Source: Eledone cirrhosa (Eukaryota). Taken from it: a stretch of 64,000 nucleotides of DNA. The stretch is taken from NCBI GenBank assembly GCA_964016885.1, contig OZ024740.1, positions 328,662,001 through 328,726,000 on the forward strand, in the 5' to 3' direction. The position numbers were made by a program, and so were the translations under genes. Shown here one piece after another: positions 50,385 to 64,000 of the stretch (the stretch's first letter is position 1; the number at the start of each line of letters is the position of its first letter). The notes under the pieces were generated by a model. It was given only the letters and a program-made list of their open reading frames with translations. It searched no databases and had not been told where the DNA came from.

Positions 50385-50633
50385 TTAGGAGATATCGTCG
50401 ATATTTATATATATATATATATATATACGACAATAGGGTTTGCTAGACCCAATTTAAGAATAAATCAAGAAAAACACATATATGTATATGTCTGTGTTCG
50501 TTTTTCCTTTTTGTTCAGTTATATTATACGGCTCGGAAAAACCTCTTTCCTAGAGCTAATTTATTGTAATGAGATTATTTTGAGTTTCTAACTCAATACA
50601 TGCATTTGATATATATATATATATATATATATA

Positions 50634-51245
50634 CACGGAAAAAAAATGAAACGAAATTTCATTTCCCACTCTTAGTACGGCTGTTACTTAAATATAAGTA
50701 TGTACACGTACATACATATATGTATACAGACGTACAGTAGTATGTATATATATATATACATACATGCATACATATATGTATGTACGTATGGATTCACCGA
50801 ACATTTATTATAATGCTCGGTGTGTTTGTAAACAAACATCCCGTATTAAGCCGTAGTGTCTAGCAACCATCGTTGCTCGTTTGTTCAACACTGACAAAGG
50901 AACGCTGTACTAGTTTCAAGCTTATTAGCTATCGTCAGCAACGTATACCTTCCTGCCAGATTGTTGAACGTATATACTTATCTTATGCATATTAACGGCT
51001 GAATAGCCCAATTTGCATATCGAGTGGGTTAATCGGCCGGGTGCACCAAAAACGATAAACGGAAAAAAATGAAACGAAATTTCATTTCCCACTAGTACGG
51101 CTGTTACTTAAATATAAGTATGTATACGTACATACATATATGTATACAGACGTACCTTTGTCAGTGTTGAACAAACAAGCAACGATGGTTGCTAGACACT
51201 ACGGCTTAATACGGGATGTTTGTTTACAAACACACCGAGCATTAT
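50634..51245 (-). mobile_element. Retrozyme-like element, ~424-bp period, with inverted arm
   Basis: Direct repeat ~50634-50735 / 51059-51155. Inverted repeat ~50809-50900 / 51155-51246. Starts at (TA)n. Confidence 0.8.
50902..50944 (-). ncRNA. Minimal type I hammerhead ribozyme
   Basis: ACGTTG-CTGACGA-tAGCT(AATA)AGCTt-GAAA-C-TA-G-TA-CAGCGT. Stems I and II pair. Confidence 0.85.
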
Positions 51246-51489
51246 ACATCAAGCATTATCACTTAGTCTGCTGCGTAAATATTTTAATTTTAATAATAAG
51301 GTTGGGGAAGATTAATTGCCATAATGAGAATGAAGAGTTTACATCACTGTTTATATATATCTGTGTATGTACGAATGCTTTTGTATATCCATGCATGTAA
51401 TGTTTTTTGTTTTGATATTTTAATAATTTATTTCTAGCAGTTATAAACATTTTTCAAAATAGTCAAATATATTCCTAGGATAAAATTAC

Positions 51490-51970
51490 ATAAAAATAAT
51501 AAAGAATTTAATATTTGGTCAAACCTGAAAAAGAAAGCAGTACTGGAAAAGACTATATATGCCATACCTCAGAGGGAAGGAGGGAAAGCGCAAGGGCTAT
51601 TAGGCAACAGAGGAAAGAAATAGGGAGACGGTGACGAACTCCACACCTAGGTCAGAGCTGTGTTTCGACAGCATCCCGTGAACAAAATAGCAAAGGCATT
51701 TCGACGGACAATGGCTAGCAACACCCACTGCAACAGCTACCCCATCTTGTAGGGCTCCTCCCTCAGACGGGCTGCTGTCGTTCCGATTTTACGGGGTAGA
51801 TCTGCTGTACGGGGTCCGAGTACGCCTGAAGTCTTGACCGTGACCGCTACAAAGAGAAAGAGGCCCACACAGGCATCTGTATTTGTTAGTCTTCCTGTCC
51901 TTTGTATTGCGGAACGCGGTTCCGTGATTTGTGACCGAATCGAGTGAGTTGGAGGCGGAGAGCGTGTCAC
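51490..51970 (-). mobile_element. 3' fragment of an RLE-type (CRE-like) non-LTR retrotransposon
   Basis: FVAVTVKTSGVLGP..EEP..AIVRRNAFAIL resembles the ETxGxxG...AIQRGNA C-terminus of CRE-clade elements. Confidence 0.55.
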
Positions 51971-52132
51971 ATTATGTAATTATATATGGGTACAATTGTA
52001 ACTTTGCATGAATATTCTTTACCTCACCGATTACTCTTGATTTTTATGCTGTTACAATTCATCCACTACCAACAATAACACACCAACGTATCTGTATCTC
52101 TATTTATGGTTGTTTGATATATTGTATCGGTG

Positions 52133-52212
52133 TTTCTTCTTCTTCTTCTTCTTCTTCTTCTTCTTCTTCTTCTTCTTCTTCTTCTTCTTCTTCTTCTTCT
52201 TCTTCTTCTTCT
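52133..52212. repeat. (TTC)n microsatellite
   Basis: Seen directly. Confidence 0.97.
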
Positions 52213-53728
52213 ATTACCTTAATATTTATGTTTGATGTATGTATATCATTATTCGTCTCTTCAACCCTCCGACTAGAAAGGTTTCCATTTAATATAAATA
52301 ATCTATTTATTGACATTTAAATATTGACATTTTCTTGAAATTTCATATTAAATATGGAATCAATTTTGCTTTATTATTTGCGTTCGTGATTTTATGGAAT
52401 CCTCACCGAAAAGCAATTTAAATTCATCACAATTTACAGCTTAGATTACAAAAACCCACAATTGTTCGACATTCAAATTAAGAATAGAATCAATTTAAGG
52501 GAACTGATTGTCTGCACCGGAACATCATCTTTTCAATGGCCAGGTGGTTGAGTCGGGTGAGGATTAATTCTTGTTTGCCTCTTGGTCAGGGAGATGAGAG
52601 CAAACCACAAGAATGGTAAGAGGAAGAGAGGAAGTTATCCTCAAATCAGAGAGCTAGCCAGAATGCCAAATACATCCAAGAACCTGATAATGGTGTTAAA
52701 CTAAACAAGGGATTAAGCTTATACTCTAAGAACTCAGAATACAAAGAGACGTAATAAATACTGCAAAGCATTTTACACAATATTCTAATAATTCCACCAA
52801 TCTACCTCCTTGTACTGGTACTTTATTTTATCGACCCTCGAAAGGATGAATGTCAACGTGGACCGTACCATGATTTGAACAGAGGGAGTCGGATCAAACA
52901 CAACAAAGCAATTTGTTTTACGTTCTTACGAATTTGTCAGTTCACTATCTAGCATACAAGAAGGGAAACAGTCAATTTGATGGATTTTTACTCAGTAACT
53001 ATCAAACGAATTTCCCTATCTTACTAGTATCCACACGCTCAAGTACCGCACAGTGAGATTGAACGTGAAACCACGTTGTTTCAAGGCAAACCTCTTAGTT
53101 ACACAGTTAGAACTACACCCCAAAATACCAAATCAATAACAACTGAAATATTCCGTAAAAATATCAAAAACAAATAAAAAATATCTATTATCATTCAATA
53201 ACTATTGATGAAGCTTGGTTTTTGTAGTTTTCTTTCTAAAGTGTTAATTAGATGAATGCCCACAAACAATGTCTCTTCATTTGGTAGAAATAAAATGAAC
53301 AGCGGAAAATATAATACTATATTACGACTATTGTTAAATGATGTAGATTCTGACAGAATATTTCAAGAAATATTTGATTGTACACTATGAAAACGTTGGG
53401 TTAGTACCAAGCTCAGATTACACACACACAAATACACACACACACACACACACACAAACACACAAACTCACGCACATACACACACACACACGCACACACA
53501 CGCACGCACACACACACATATGTATATATACATATTGGTCCGCAGAGTGTGTGTAAAAACGATAGAGGTAGACATGTTGATATTCAATATTTCGTTTATT
53601 AAGAACTACGTTTATTAAGAGCAACAGGATTTTTAGCCTAAGAAGCCTGAATTATTGTGTCATTGATTATCTCATACAGCAGCGGGAAACGGTTCCTGCA
53701 TCTCTTCAGAGGAAACAATCATTATTTC

Positions 53729-53907
53729 TGGCAGCATCGGTAGAGTGTCGGACGCCATACTTTGCAGCGTAGAGTTACGCACCTTTATGGTCTGAGTTCA
53801 AATTCCGCCGAGGTTAACTTTGCCTTTCATCCTTACGGGGTCGATAAAATAAAGTACCAGTAATACTCTGGGATAATTGCTGGCCTTGTGCCAAAAGTAG
53901 AAACAAT
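53729..53907 (+). mobile_element. Nin-domain tRNA-SINE
   Basis: Same family as 30889. Further degenerate pieces at ~52813-52900 (-) and ~57860-57915 (+). Confidence 0.85.
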
Positions 53908-53969
53908 TTTTTCTGTTGGCGAGAGATGAGTCTTATATGTGTGATCAGTGGAAGTTGACCAATCGGCAT

Positions 53970-53970
<1 letters not shown>

Positions 53971-54054
<84 letters not shown>

Positions 54055-54176
54055 GCACACACACACACACACATATAGAGTGGTAAAAAACCCGGGAAGT
54101 TATATCCGTAGTTGGTAGTTCAAAGTTTAGTATGGAGTTAGTTCCACAACAAAAATGGTTGGCTAATTTGTTCTGG

Positions 54177-54273
<97 letters not shown>

Positions 54274-54302
54274 TCTCTCTCCCTCTCTCTCTCTCTCTCT
54301 GT

Positions 54303-54345
<43 letters not shown>
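53971..54345. repeat. (CA)n, (CT)n and (TA)n microsatellite cluster
   Basis: Seen directly. Similar tracts at 34222-34341, 36358-36483, 47649-47748, 50302-50382 and 61314-61472. Confidence 0.97.
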
Positions 54346-54348
<3 letters not shown>

Positions 54349-54736
54349 CTGTCTCTCTATACACAAGAACTCATTCTCCAGTCCCCTTCTGAGCAAGGAT
54401 GATGGGAAAAAACTTACTCCAACACTTAATTATATATCTTTAATTTTTAGATTTTAATTCTTATTAATTCCTTTTAATTGTAATACTCAACATTTGATAA
54501 GATGAATTTTAATAATACATCCAAACCGGTAATACTTTATATACTTTATATACATTATAAAACTCTTTTTTAAAAGAATTTTCCCTCTCATTTTTTCAAT
54601 AATGTCATCTTTTCAATACTATCACTTCACGAATCAATCAAAGAAAGGAAAAGAAAGAAAAACAGATCCTAAAATATATTTTCCGTGCTATTTCCAACTT
54701 CACCTTTTCTCTATACCCATATATATATATATATAC

Positions 54737-54931
54737 GTAGGTCCCGGGTTGAGTCGGGGATAACCACAGTAAGTAAGGTACTCAATACATGGCGGAGTAA
54801 CATTTTTTTATTTTATAGAAGGAGCTTCTACAGGACTAGTACTGTCTCATTCAGATGAAATCTTCAGGAAGATTTCATCTGAATGAAACAGTACTAGTCC
54901 TGTAGAAGCTCCTTCTATAAAATAAAAAAAT
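54737..54931 (-). mobile_element. Foldback hammerhead element (near-perfect 64-bp hairpin)
   Basis: Arms 54802-54865 / 54868-54931 with a 2-nt loop. Motif CTGAAGA-tTTCA(TC)TGAAt-GA(A/G)AC-AGTACTA-GTC. A ~65-nt tail runs into (TA)n. Confidence 0.8.
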
Positions 54932-54948
54932 AAAAAAATATATATATA

Positions 54949-55934
54949 TAACATCTAGAAATTGATTAACATATAAATAAACATGAATAATCACAGGAGA
55001 TAATTTTTACAAGTGTGTAAGCACACATAGCTAGGTAGGTAACTAAATAAAGTTAACTAGAACTTCAAAAATAGATACCATATAATAAAAATAATTAATT
55101 ATATTATAAGGTATCTATTTTTGAAATTCTAGTTAACTTTATTTAGTTACCTACCTAGCTATGTGTGCTTACACACTTGTAAAAATTATCTCCTGTGATT
55201 ATTCATGTTTATTTATATGTTAATCAATTTCTAGTTGTTATAAAATGCTCGGACCTATTCGTTAGAATCTTAGAGCTTATTTTGCGGGTGATATGGCGCA
55301 TGCCTTTCTGGCATGACACCCATAATTTTGATTTAGATTAAATTCATTTGATTTATCTTAATTTTGGATATAGATATATATAAAAACGGCTCCTTAATTG
55401 TAGAGCTAACTCTGTTGAAAGGACTTGACTGCTGTTTCTAGTTGTCGATACCCCTATTTACGCCACTGGGACGAAGCTGGTACGATGTGTGTATTTCTAG
55501 TAGACACAGCACGTGTTACTGGCCAGTCGCTGATTTGAACTTAATGCGTAAACATAGATCGCTGGACTTCTTCCTTGTTGAAAATCCAAGTATCGGCATC
55601 CGTGGTTTACCATTCGATTAATTGGTGAAATATATTTCTTTAATGGAATATATACAGGGAAAATTAATCATATTATAAGGTATCTATTTTTGAAGTTCTA
55701 GTTAACTTTATTTAGTTACCTACCTAGCTATGTGTGCTTACTCACTTGTAAAAATTATCTCCTGTGATTATTCATGTTTATTTATATGTTAATCAATTTC
55801 TAGTTGTTATAAAATGCTCGGACCTATTCATTAGAATCTTAGAGCTTATTTTGCGGGTGATATGACGCATGCCTTTCTGGCATGACACCCATAATTTTGA
55901 TTTAGATTAAATTCATTTGATTTATCTTAATTTT

Positions 55935-55939
<5 letters not shown>
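54949..55939 (+). mobile_element. Foldback + tandem pLTR-like element (569-bp period) in (TA)n
   Basis: Inverted arms ~54949-55086 / 55103-55241. Direct repeats 55101-55370 / 55670-55939. No canonical hammerhead seen. Confidence 0.7.
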
Positions 55940-56016
<77 letters not shown>

Positions 56017-56019
<3 letters not shown>

Positions 56020-56659
56020 AGAGTATTGAAGTTTGCTTGAAGCATTGTGGAATAATAGGTAAATATCTTTAAGTCGTTTGGAAGCCTCGACAATGCAAAT
56101 GGGTAAATCTCCGGGTAACAAGATCCGGTGGTGGAGAGAGAGATGTAAGTGGGTGTACGTTGAGATGCGTGGTGTGTATAAGACGTGTAGAAGAATGAAG
56201 GAAAGAATATAAAGGATAAAATAAAAATAAGAACACGAGAGATTTAATTGTCCCTATATATTTCGGATTCACATCCATCAACTGGGGTTTTTTTCCGGGG
56301 TGGGGGAAAGGTTGTCTGTCGGAAAGGTGCGAAACGCGTCCTCCGCTGTTTGTTGTTTTGAATATATTTTTGAGATATTCAAAACAACAAGCAGCGGAGG
56401 ATGGATGTGAAACAGTTGATAGATGTGAATCCGAAATATATAGGGACAATTAAATCTCTGCCAAGGTAACTCTCTCTCGTGTTCTTATTTTTATTTTATC
56501 CTTTATACTCTTTCCTTCATTCTTCTACACATCTTATACACACCACGCATCTCAACGTACACCCACTTACATCTCTCTCACCACCACCGGATCTTGTTAC
56601 CCGGAGATTTACCCATTTGCATTGTCGAGGCTTCCAAACGACTTAAAGATATTTACCTA
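56017..56659 (-). mobile_element. Foldback element in (TA)n with degenerate hammerhead
   Basis: Arms 56056-56284 / 56413-56659 and a ~40-nt tail. Motif CCC-CAGTTGA-tGGAT(GTGA)ATCC-GAAA-TATA-TA-GGG. Confidence 0.7.
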
Positions 56660-56682
56660 ATATATATATATATATATATATA

Positions 56683-56991
56683 CAATGTTATTAAATAAAT
56701 GGAAACTATATTTATAAAACCATACAAAGTTTGTTTTATAAATATTGACATAACCAGGAAAGAAGAACTTAACGGTTCAAGTTTTTCCTGGATAGTCACA
56801 GGAAAAATTTAAACCGTTAAGTTCTTCTTTCCTGGTTATGTCAATATTTATAAAACAAAGTTTGTATGGTTTTATAAATATTATTTAATATCGTTGAATA
56901 TTATACTCCAGAAAAGCTGTCGAGTGCTTTGAATCAGTTATAAACATTTATATTTGTTGAATTACCAACAAATTGAATATCCCTTTTGCTT
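56683..56991 (+). mobile_element. Foldback element family F1 copy 3 (hammerhead deleted)
   Basis: Arms ~56683-56777 / 56812-56897 and the same 3' tail as the other F1 copies. The ~65-nt ribozyme segment is missing in both arms. Confidence 0.78.
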
Positions 56992-57012
56992 ATATATATA
57001 CGCACCCTCCCC

Positions 57013-57066
<54 letters not shown>

Positions 57067-57171
57067 CGGAGGAGTTGTGGTAAGGAACCAGATGGGCCAT
57101 AACGCACCAGAGTACTCAATACTTAGGGTAGTAGAAACGGCTTGAGCTCTGCCGTCGGGGTCATACTTTCT

Positions 57172-57230
<59 letters not shown>

Positions 57231-59527
57231 TGTGTGTGAGTCTGTATTTACATTATTCTTTTTTTCTATGTGCCGTATTCGATAAAAACATAAATCGATT
57301 AATACCTCCTGAAAGCGGCACCACAGTATGGCTTCAGTACAGTGGTTGAAGCCTGTAAAAGAATATGGGAATATTAGTCTATGTATACGTGTGTGTTAAT
57401 GAAATGAATGCTCACAATGTTTTTTTTCCTTTCGTACAATAACACGGAAGAACAGTTGAAAATATTATGTGTTACGAAGAATGTTAACTTATGTCATATT
57501 CACATTGATGTAAATTAACCTAAAGATTTTGTTTATCATCGTCGTCATAAGAATTGTTGCAGAACTGTACATTGAAATATTAACAATAGGCCGTGTAGCC
57601 TGGTTCCCAACAAGCTTGAGATAGAATTAAATCTTCCATGGTGTGTCGAGGACTTATCCTGATCGATATATATTTTCAGAAATTTTCTGATATTGGAAAA
57701 TATTTGAAAATCAAAGTATAATAACAGACATTGCCTTAGCAATCAGCGTTTTGGAATATTATTAAACACACTACAAAGAAGAGTTTCGCAAAAATATCTG
57801 GTAGAATTGTTTGAACGTAATACAAACATGATGTGCGGTATCTAACTCGGCACTTTACCTTCTGAGTCAAAATCCCAACGAGGATAACTGTGTCTTTCAT
57901 CTTTTCGGGATCGACGCATTTAAACAAGAGCAGTATGTGACAGAATTATTAACGCATCGGGCCCCACTTTTTTTATTCTGAGCTCAAAACCCACGGTGGC
58001 TCACGTTGGTAACTGACGTAATCACCGTCCAGTTTAACATCACCACCATCTGATCCTTCGGTGTCTTTACAGAGTTTACGATGTGGATGTTGCAAGCAAT
58101 CAGGTTAGCCAGGCCTTCAGTTCGAGAATACCATTTCCCCTCTCTCCTTTCTTCCCTTCTCAGTTTTTGAGGACCCTGGAAAGAGTCATGGTCACATGCA
58201 ATCACTCTGATTAAGCGATGAAACCGTTAATTGCATGGGGGTACTGGAACCATCCTTACGCTATTGGTAATGTTTGATACCACTAGTAAATAATTGTTAT
58301 TGATCGATGAGTAATCGAATATTCACCGCAAGCTCACAATGTCTTGACATTCTTACCACCATTTCATGTCACTCATACATAGCCATATATCTTTAAACGT
58401 AAGCCCAAGTAAACTCACATAACAAGTTACAACATTTATTACAGTGTTGGATGAGATGCCTTGTGATACTTATTCCGGCTTTTTGCGTCGTGTATTCAAA
58501 TTCCGATGTGGCCTACCTAGACGAAAGACTTAATCTGGTGTCCGGTTTAATACCATCACATTGGATACCATTAGCAGTCTCCTCTGCTACAGACATTCGA
58601 ACCTTCCTCCTTCTACCAGGTCTCGAGGTCTTCTGAAAAGGGTCATGAACACTTCCCTTCTTTCTCTAATTTAATAGTAAACGAATGTTTCTCTTCTAAA
58701 TGTTCTATTATCCTAATTGGTAATTGTTTGAATTCATAAATTATAGATATGTGCACAGATAATTTGATTTATTAACATATTTTATTGAATCAAATCTAGA
58801 TAATATTTTGGGTATCACCTTAATATCTAAATCTATTATCTATCTAAATATTTATAAACAAAAACTCACACAAATTAAGAATGGTTTTTTAACATGGCAC
58901 GTTTTCCAATTACGGAAGATTTTCCAGAAAACAAAAGATGTTTCCAAGAATTAGTGCTGTAAAGGTTAAGTTTTCAATGTTAATTGCGTACATCCTTTAT
59001 GGGTTATTGCTTTCATTATATTGTCTTTCCTTTCTCGAAATGGGTTTTCAAAATTCTTTTTAATTCTTTCTCTTTAATAAATGCTTCTCCTACATATTTT
59101 AGCACAACCTCCAGATAATTCTACATATATTTATATAATCTTTCCAGATTTATTTTCAAACATGTAATTTTCGGTAATAGCTTTTCTCCGAAAAAATGAT
59201 GAATTTTAAATTTGTTATTTTGGGAGAACATTTTGTTTAATATTTCTTGTCGCCATGCTTGTGAAATTTCTTAGATAAATATGTACGCATTTAACTGCTA
59301 CTTTAACTTTCTATTTGCATATCTCAATATTGACGCCAACACTACTACTTATGTTACCATTGTGTCAACATTAATGTCGTTAAACTGACATTACTGTACC
59401 GTTGTGTCAACATAAATGAGCTTAAGCCGATATATCTACACGATTGTGTCAAAATGAATGTGTCCACATGGATATCCTACACCACTGTGTCAACATTCAT
59501 GTGCCTACACTAATATATCTAGACCAG

Positions 59528-59835
59528 GAAAAGACACCCTTCGGTCACGAAGGACCATAGAATTTGCACCTAGAAAGTTTCCCTCCAAGGCACAAATCCG
59601 GGCATGGAAGAGCAGCAGTCGCCCATACATACCAGTCTCTCCTCTACACGCCACCGATGTTGTCCAAAGGAAAGGCTAAGACCGTTACAGCTTGATGGTA
59701 GTGACGTCGCAACTCATTTCTACAAGCTGAATCAAGTGGAGCAACGTGAATTAAAGTGTCTTGCTGAAGAATACAACGCAAAGCCAAGAATCGAACTCAC
59801 AACCTCACGATTGTAAGCCCGACGCTCCAAGCACT
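59528..59835 (-). mobile_element. tRNA-derived SINE with TSD
   Basis: Minus strand GAGTTCGATTC B box and GTATTCTTCAGCAAGACACTTT central motif. TSD TCTAGACCAG at 59518-59527 and 59836-59845. Confidence 0.8.
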
Positions 59836-60020
59836 TCTAGACCAGTGTGTCAATAATAACATGTCTAAACTGACAACGCCACATCATCGTATCAGTGCTA
59901 GTGTTTCAAGACATTGTCTACATTAGTGTATATGCATTAATGTTTCTATACTGATATTTCTACACTATCGTGTGAAAAGTGTCTCTACAGCGATATAGTA
60001 AAATCTCAAGATTAATGTGC

Positions 60021-60208
60021 CGAGACCTGTCAGCTCTCTTCGTCCGACGGGGAATCTCCCGTCCATTTTGGGGGAGTTGTCTTCTCTTGTGAAATTGGGT
60101 ATAACTTTCATTATGTAAAATCTCCCCATTTTGTTTCATTTCTCCCCGTTTTGAGGCCCTTTTTTTCATGGTACTCCCCGTTTGGGTTTTTAGAGTTTGG
60201 CAGATCTG
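60021..60208. mobile_element. Possible hAT-type MITE
   Basis: Imperfect terminal inverted repeats AGACCTGTCAGCTCT / AGAGTTTGGCAGATCT and repeated ATCTCCC motifs. No TSD seen. Confidence 0.35.
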
Positions 60209-61344
60209 TGATATCTCTATGCTATTATTAATGTTTCTGCACTGATATGCTTACACTAATATCATTGCATGCATCATTGTGTCACTAGTAATGTATCTAC
60301 CGTGATATTCCTACATCAATTGAACAATATACATGTCTGTTTACTGCCACACTTATTCTAATATCTCTATACTGATGAGTCTACCTCGCTATCTCTATAA
60401 CAATGTGTCTACACTGATATGTTTACACCAAGGTATGTATACTGATAATCTCTACACCAGTGTGACAATACTAATGTAAATTCACTGTCATATCTATACT
60501 AATGTCTCAACTCTGAAATCTCTATACCAATGTATCTACACTGGTATCTCAGCACCAATGTATCTACACTGGTATCTCAGCACCAATGTATCTCTACACT
60601 AAAATATCTGCTGATATTTCGACACTAATATCACTACAATGGGTTTACTGATATTCGTATTTAAAAGTGTCTACACTAATATCTCTATACCGATGTGTTT
60701 ACGCAGATATCTTTACACTAATGAGTTAACACTGATATCTTTACACCAATGTGTCTTCACTGATATCTCTACACTCTTGTGACAATACTAATGTCTTTTA
60801 CTGATTTCTATGTACAAATATGCATATACGGGCATTTCTAGAGAACGGCTCGTCACTGATGTCTTATTTGCATGTTTGAAGGATATGAAATAAAACGTCA
60901 TATCCTTCAAGCATACAGATCAGAGAATATTCATGACATTAGCGAACAACGCATGGGCAATGAAAGAAAGGAAAGCATACTTTAACACCAAATGGAATGT
61001 CCTTGACAGTTCTATAGCCTTTATTAACGAATCCAGGGGATGTAAGATTCCCCCCATTGAAAAGATCCTAACCGCCAAGGAATGAAATCCCCCAAAGTGT
61101 ATCTCAACTCGAAAAACGAATTATTTGTAACCTGCCCTCGTTTCATGAAACTCATTCTTTAAAGGTAGAAAACCCAACCCTCCGGACCACCTGCCACTCC
61201 AGCGTATTGGCCCACTGGGATTCTCTTCCTGCTATATCAAGCGTTAACCTAATATATATATATATCCCTTCCATAATAATGTACCGATTGTGCTGTTATT
61301 TCTGTTTACCTTTTACACACACACACACACATATATATAATATA

Positions 61345-61475
<131 letters not shown>

Positions 61476-64000
61476 GTAGAACACTGGAAGGTAGTATCCG
61501 TTGTGGTAGAGCACTCGTCCCATGGACAGCAAAGAATCGCTGCTTTCACCCTTAACGGGATCTGAAACTAAAAGAAAAAATCAATCTGTGGACGCAGAAG
61601 TAAATATTTCGAAAAACGTTGCAACCGAAGGAAAGCAGGAAGACGATACTATGATTCGTGAGGACGTTGCCTGACAATGAACGGAAAAAAGCGAAGATAA
61701 TATGTCGTTATGTGGAGCGATGAGAACAATTTCACGCAAAGACAATAAACCAAAACCACGTTTATGGTATAAATGGAGTCATTAGACTAATATTCTATTT
61801 AGGAAACCGAATGATTCTCAGCTCCGGAGTTTAAGAATAATGTAAATAAATTTGTTGAACAAAAATGACAGATTATTAAAATCGTAAAAGTAATAATAGT
61901 TAAGATTTATATAAATATATAAAAATAATAATAGTTAAGATTTATATAAATATATAAATATATATATATCAATTTTAACACGACGAAGTTTAAATTTCAA
62001 AGTTTTTATTCACCCCCTACCGTTACGCACGTTTCGCAGATGATTGACTTGAGATCCGTATGAATATGATGGACTTGACTCCAGTATCCATCTCCTTATC
62101 AGACTTTATGATTTAGTTAATACAATTCACATTTCCGACCAAAAATATATATGATTTCATGTTGCTGAAGGTGAAAGTGACACGAATGTTTCATTGGTTT
62201 TAGATTTCTGGTGGATATACATTTAACTTATGTTATTAAGTTGTAACGCAATGAGCATTTATAAAATTACTTCGTTACACATTTTATACACATATTGGCA
62301 ATAACATTTTAACTCAACACGCGTAGCATATACGAAAAGATAAATCTTCTATACGTATGCATACGTATATGTTATAAAGATACAGCCAAAGGCTTACACA
62401 TATATAGACAAAACACAAATACTAACACGAATAGTGTAAAATATTTATACACACATTCAATTATCGTGACTGCTTTCAATTGATGAGATGCTGTCCAAAA
62501 CTAGTGATCTTGTAATTGATGGTATAACCTATAAACTATAACCTTTGCTTATTTAACACGGCATTGGCTGCGAGAGAGTTAGTTTATTAATGGCACTTAC
62601 ATTTCATTTGCTTTAGTTTTGGTTGTCTTTAAAATGTGTATGTAGAACCGGGGGGTTTCGTGCAATAGTAATACCGCAGGGATTTTAATAACCATTTCCT
62701 ACATTTTCTTTGCAACGGAACATAATTATTCAAAGTTCACATTTTGTTTTTATGAACAGCACTGATAGTAAGTTTCACACTGAGAAGTAGATGAATAACA
62801 AATATTCTTATTATCACTTCTTTCTTAATTTGAAACTTGGTAGCTATATAAGACAATAAATATTACATTAAACGAATGATTCTATGAACTGGTAACCTCA
62901 TATATTCTGTTTTGTCAAACAGATAAATTTAACTTGCCAGTTCAAATAATCATTCAGTGAGTATCACAAATATGTCAGCCATTTATATGGCTACGTGATT
63001 AATTATTTATATAGGAAAATAACTAGTCAAACAAGCTTCTTGTATTTAGGAGACATTTGGTAGATTTCATTTTGGTGCAGTGCTCCGGTTTAACTTGGAA
63101 TTTCGATACTTTGCTCCCTTCTTCCTTTTCTAATCAGTTACACAGCAAACCTCTTTCAAAACATTTCATCAACATTTCTACCGTCACACCATCATTATTA
63201 ATTAATAGTCAAAAGGGAAAACGTTTCTATTAATTCTAACCAAACGAAACAACCCGGTCTGATTGATTTTTCATATTCTATAACTCTCAAACTGTGCAAT
63301 CCAAAGTAAACTTGTATCTTCTTCAATCTCTTCAACTACGGAGATGTACACACACACACACATATATATATGTTTTGCCTATATGATACAGTGTGAAATA
63401 TGTGGTTAGGATTGTTTGGAGGAAACTAGTACAATGCGAGTTTGAGATACAGGAGTAAAGCAAGACAAACAAACAAGAGTTTACTTCTTTGCAGTGTTCA
63501 AGTCGGTCCTTAACAAAGTGACAATAATTTTTTTGTGTGAGCCGAGATGGTTCCAAGGATTTGTAAATATATGCCGGGATTCGTATGTTTGTGTCTATAC
63601 ACGTGTGAATACATTTCATATAAATGTGTATCTCATATGCACAAATATATCTGTGTGCATATATTTGTTCCAGGAAACTGAAATTAAATTCTTTGAAATA
63701 ATCTGAAAATCTTTACTGCGAACGGATTACATTTGAAGGATTAAACTACACCTAGGATAATAGTTACAAATATAAATTTGTCAGGATACATCTACCACAT
63801 TAAGTATCAGCCCACCACAACTGTGTTTTTCTCCACTAATTTAGACGATACATACACATTCACTGACCAGTTGTCATTACTTTTGTTTCCTGTTCAATAG
63901 AACTATATCAAGATTGATGTGTTTTACATGATTACTGTTTCTATAGGAATGCTCCACCAGTATTCCTTATCTTAAAATCGTGGATATATCTATTTTCTAA

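Larger units (their letters stand above)
59330..60810. repeat. Degenerate minisatellite of TCTACACTGATA/TCTACACCAATG motifs
   Basis: Recurrent ~12-14-bp motifs and an exact 28-bp tandem at ~60526-60592. Interrupted by the SINE and a possible MITE. Confidence 0.75.

Noticed and set aside
60826-60925. Hairpin plus hammerhead-like GTGACGA...GAAA on the minus strand
   Set aside because: Stems I and II do not pair convincingly.
63495-63706. Possible host exons (ttctttgcag...gtatgt; ttgttccag)
   Set aside because: Splice-like signals are present, but the peptides are short and unrecognisable and cannot be supported without RNA-seq.

Overview
AT-rich, microsatellite-dense animal genomic DNA. The SINE repertoire looks coleoid cephalopod/octopus-like (inference only). 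No host gene could be supported; the window is almost all transposable-element material. (1) 1-3470: a decayed Penelope-like element (RT + GIY-YIG) with a 3' hammerhead ribozyme. (2) 5.7-30.5 kb: a ~25 kb stack of seven non-LTR retrotransposons, each separated from the next by an (ATT)n tract. Five are Tx1/L1-type copies on +, one with an intact ORF2. Two are R4/Dong-type RLE copies on -, one with an intact ORF. A related Tx1 subfamily at 32-34 kb uses (ATCT)n instead. (3) 40.3-46 kb: a nest of a second PLE, a hAT transposon with TIRs and 8-bp TSD, and a SINE. (4) Across the (TA)n-rich regions: about ten short non-coding elements from several sequence families share a head-to-head foldback architecture ending in (TA)n. 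Most carry recognisable minimal type I hammerhead ribozymes, including a 467-bp tandem retrozyme-like repeat with an octamer motif. All motifs and coordinates were read by eye and may be off by a few bases.
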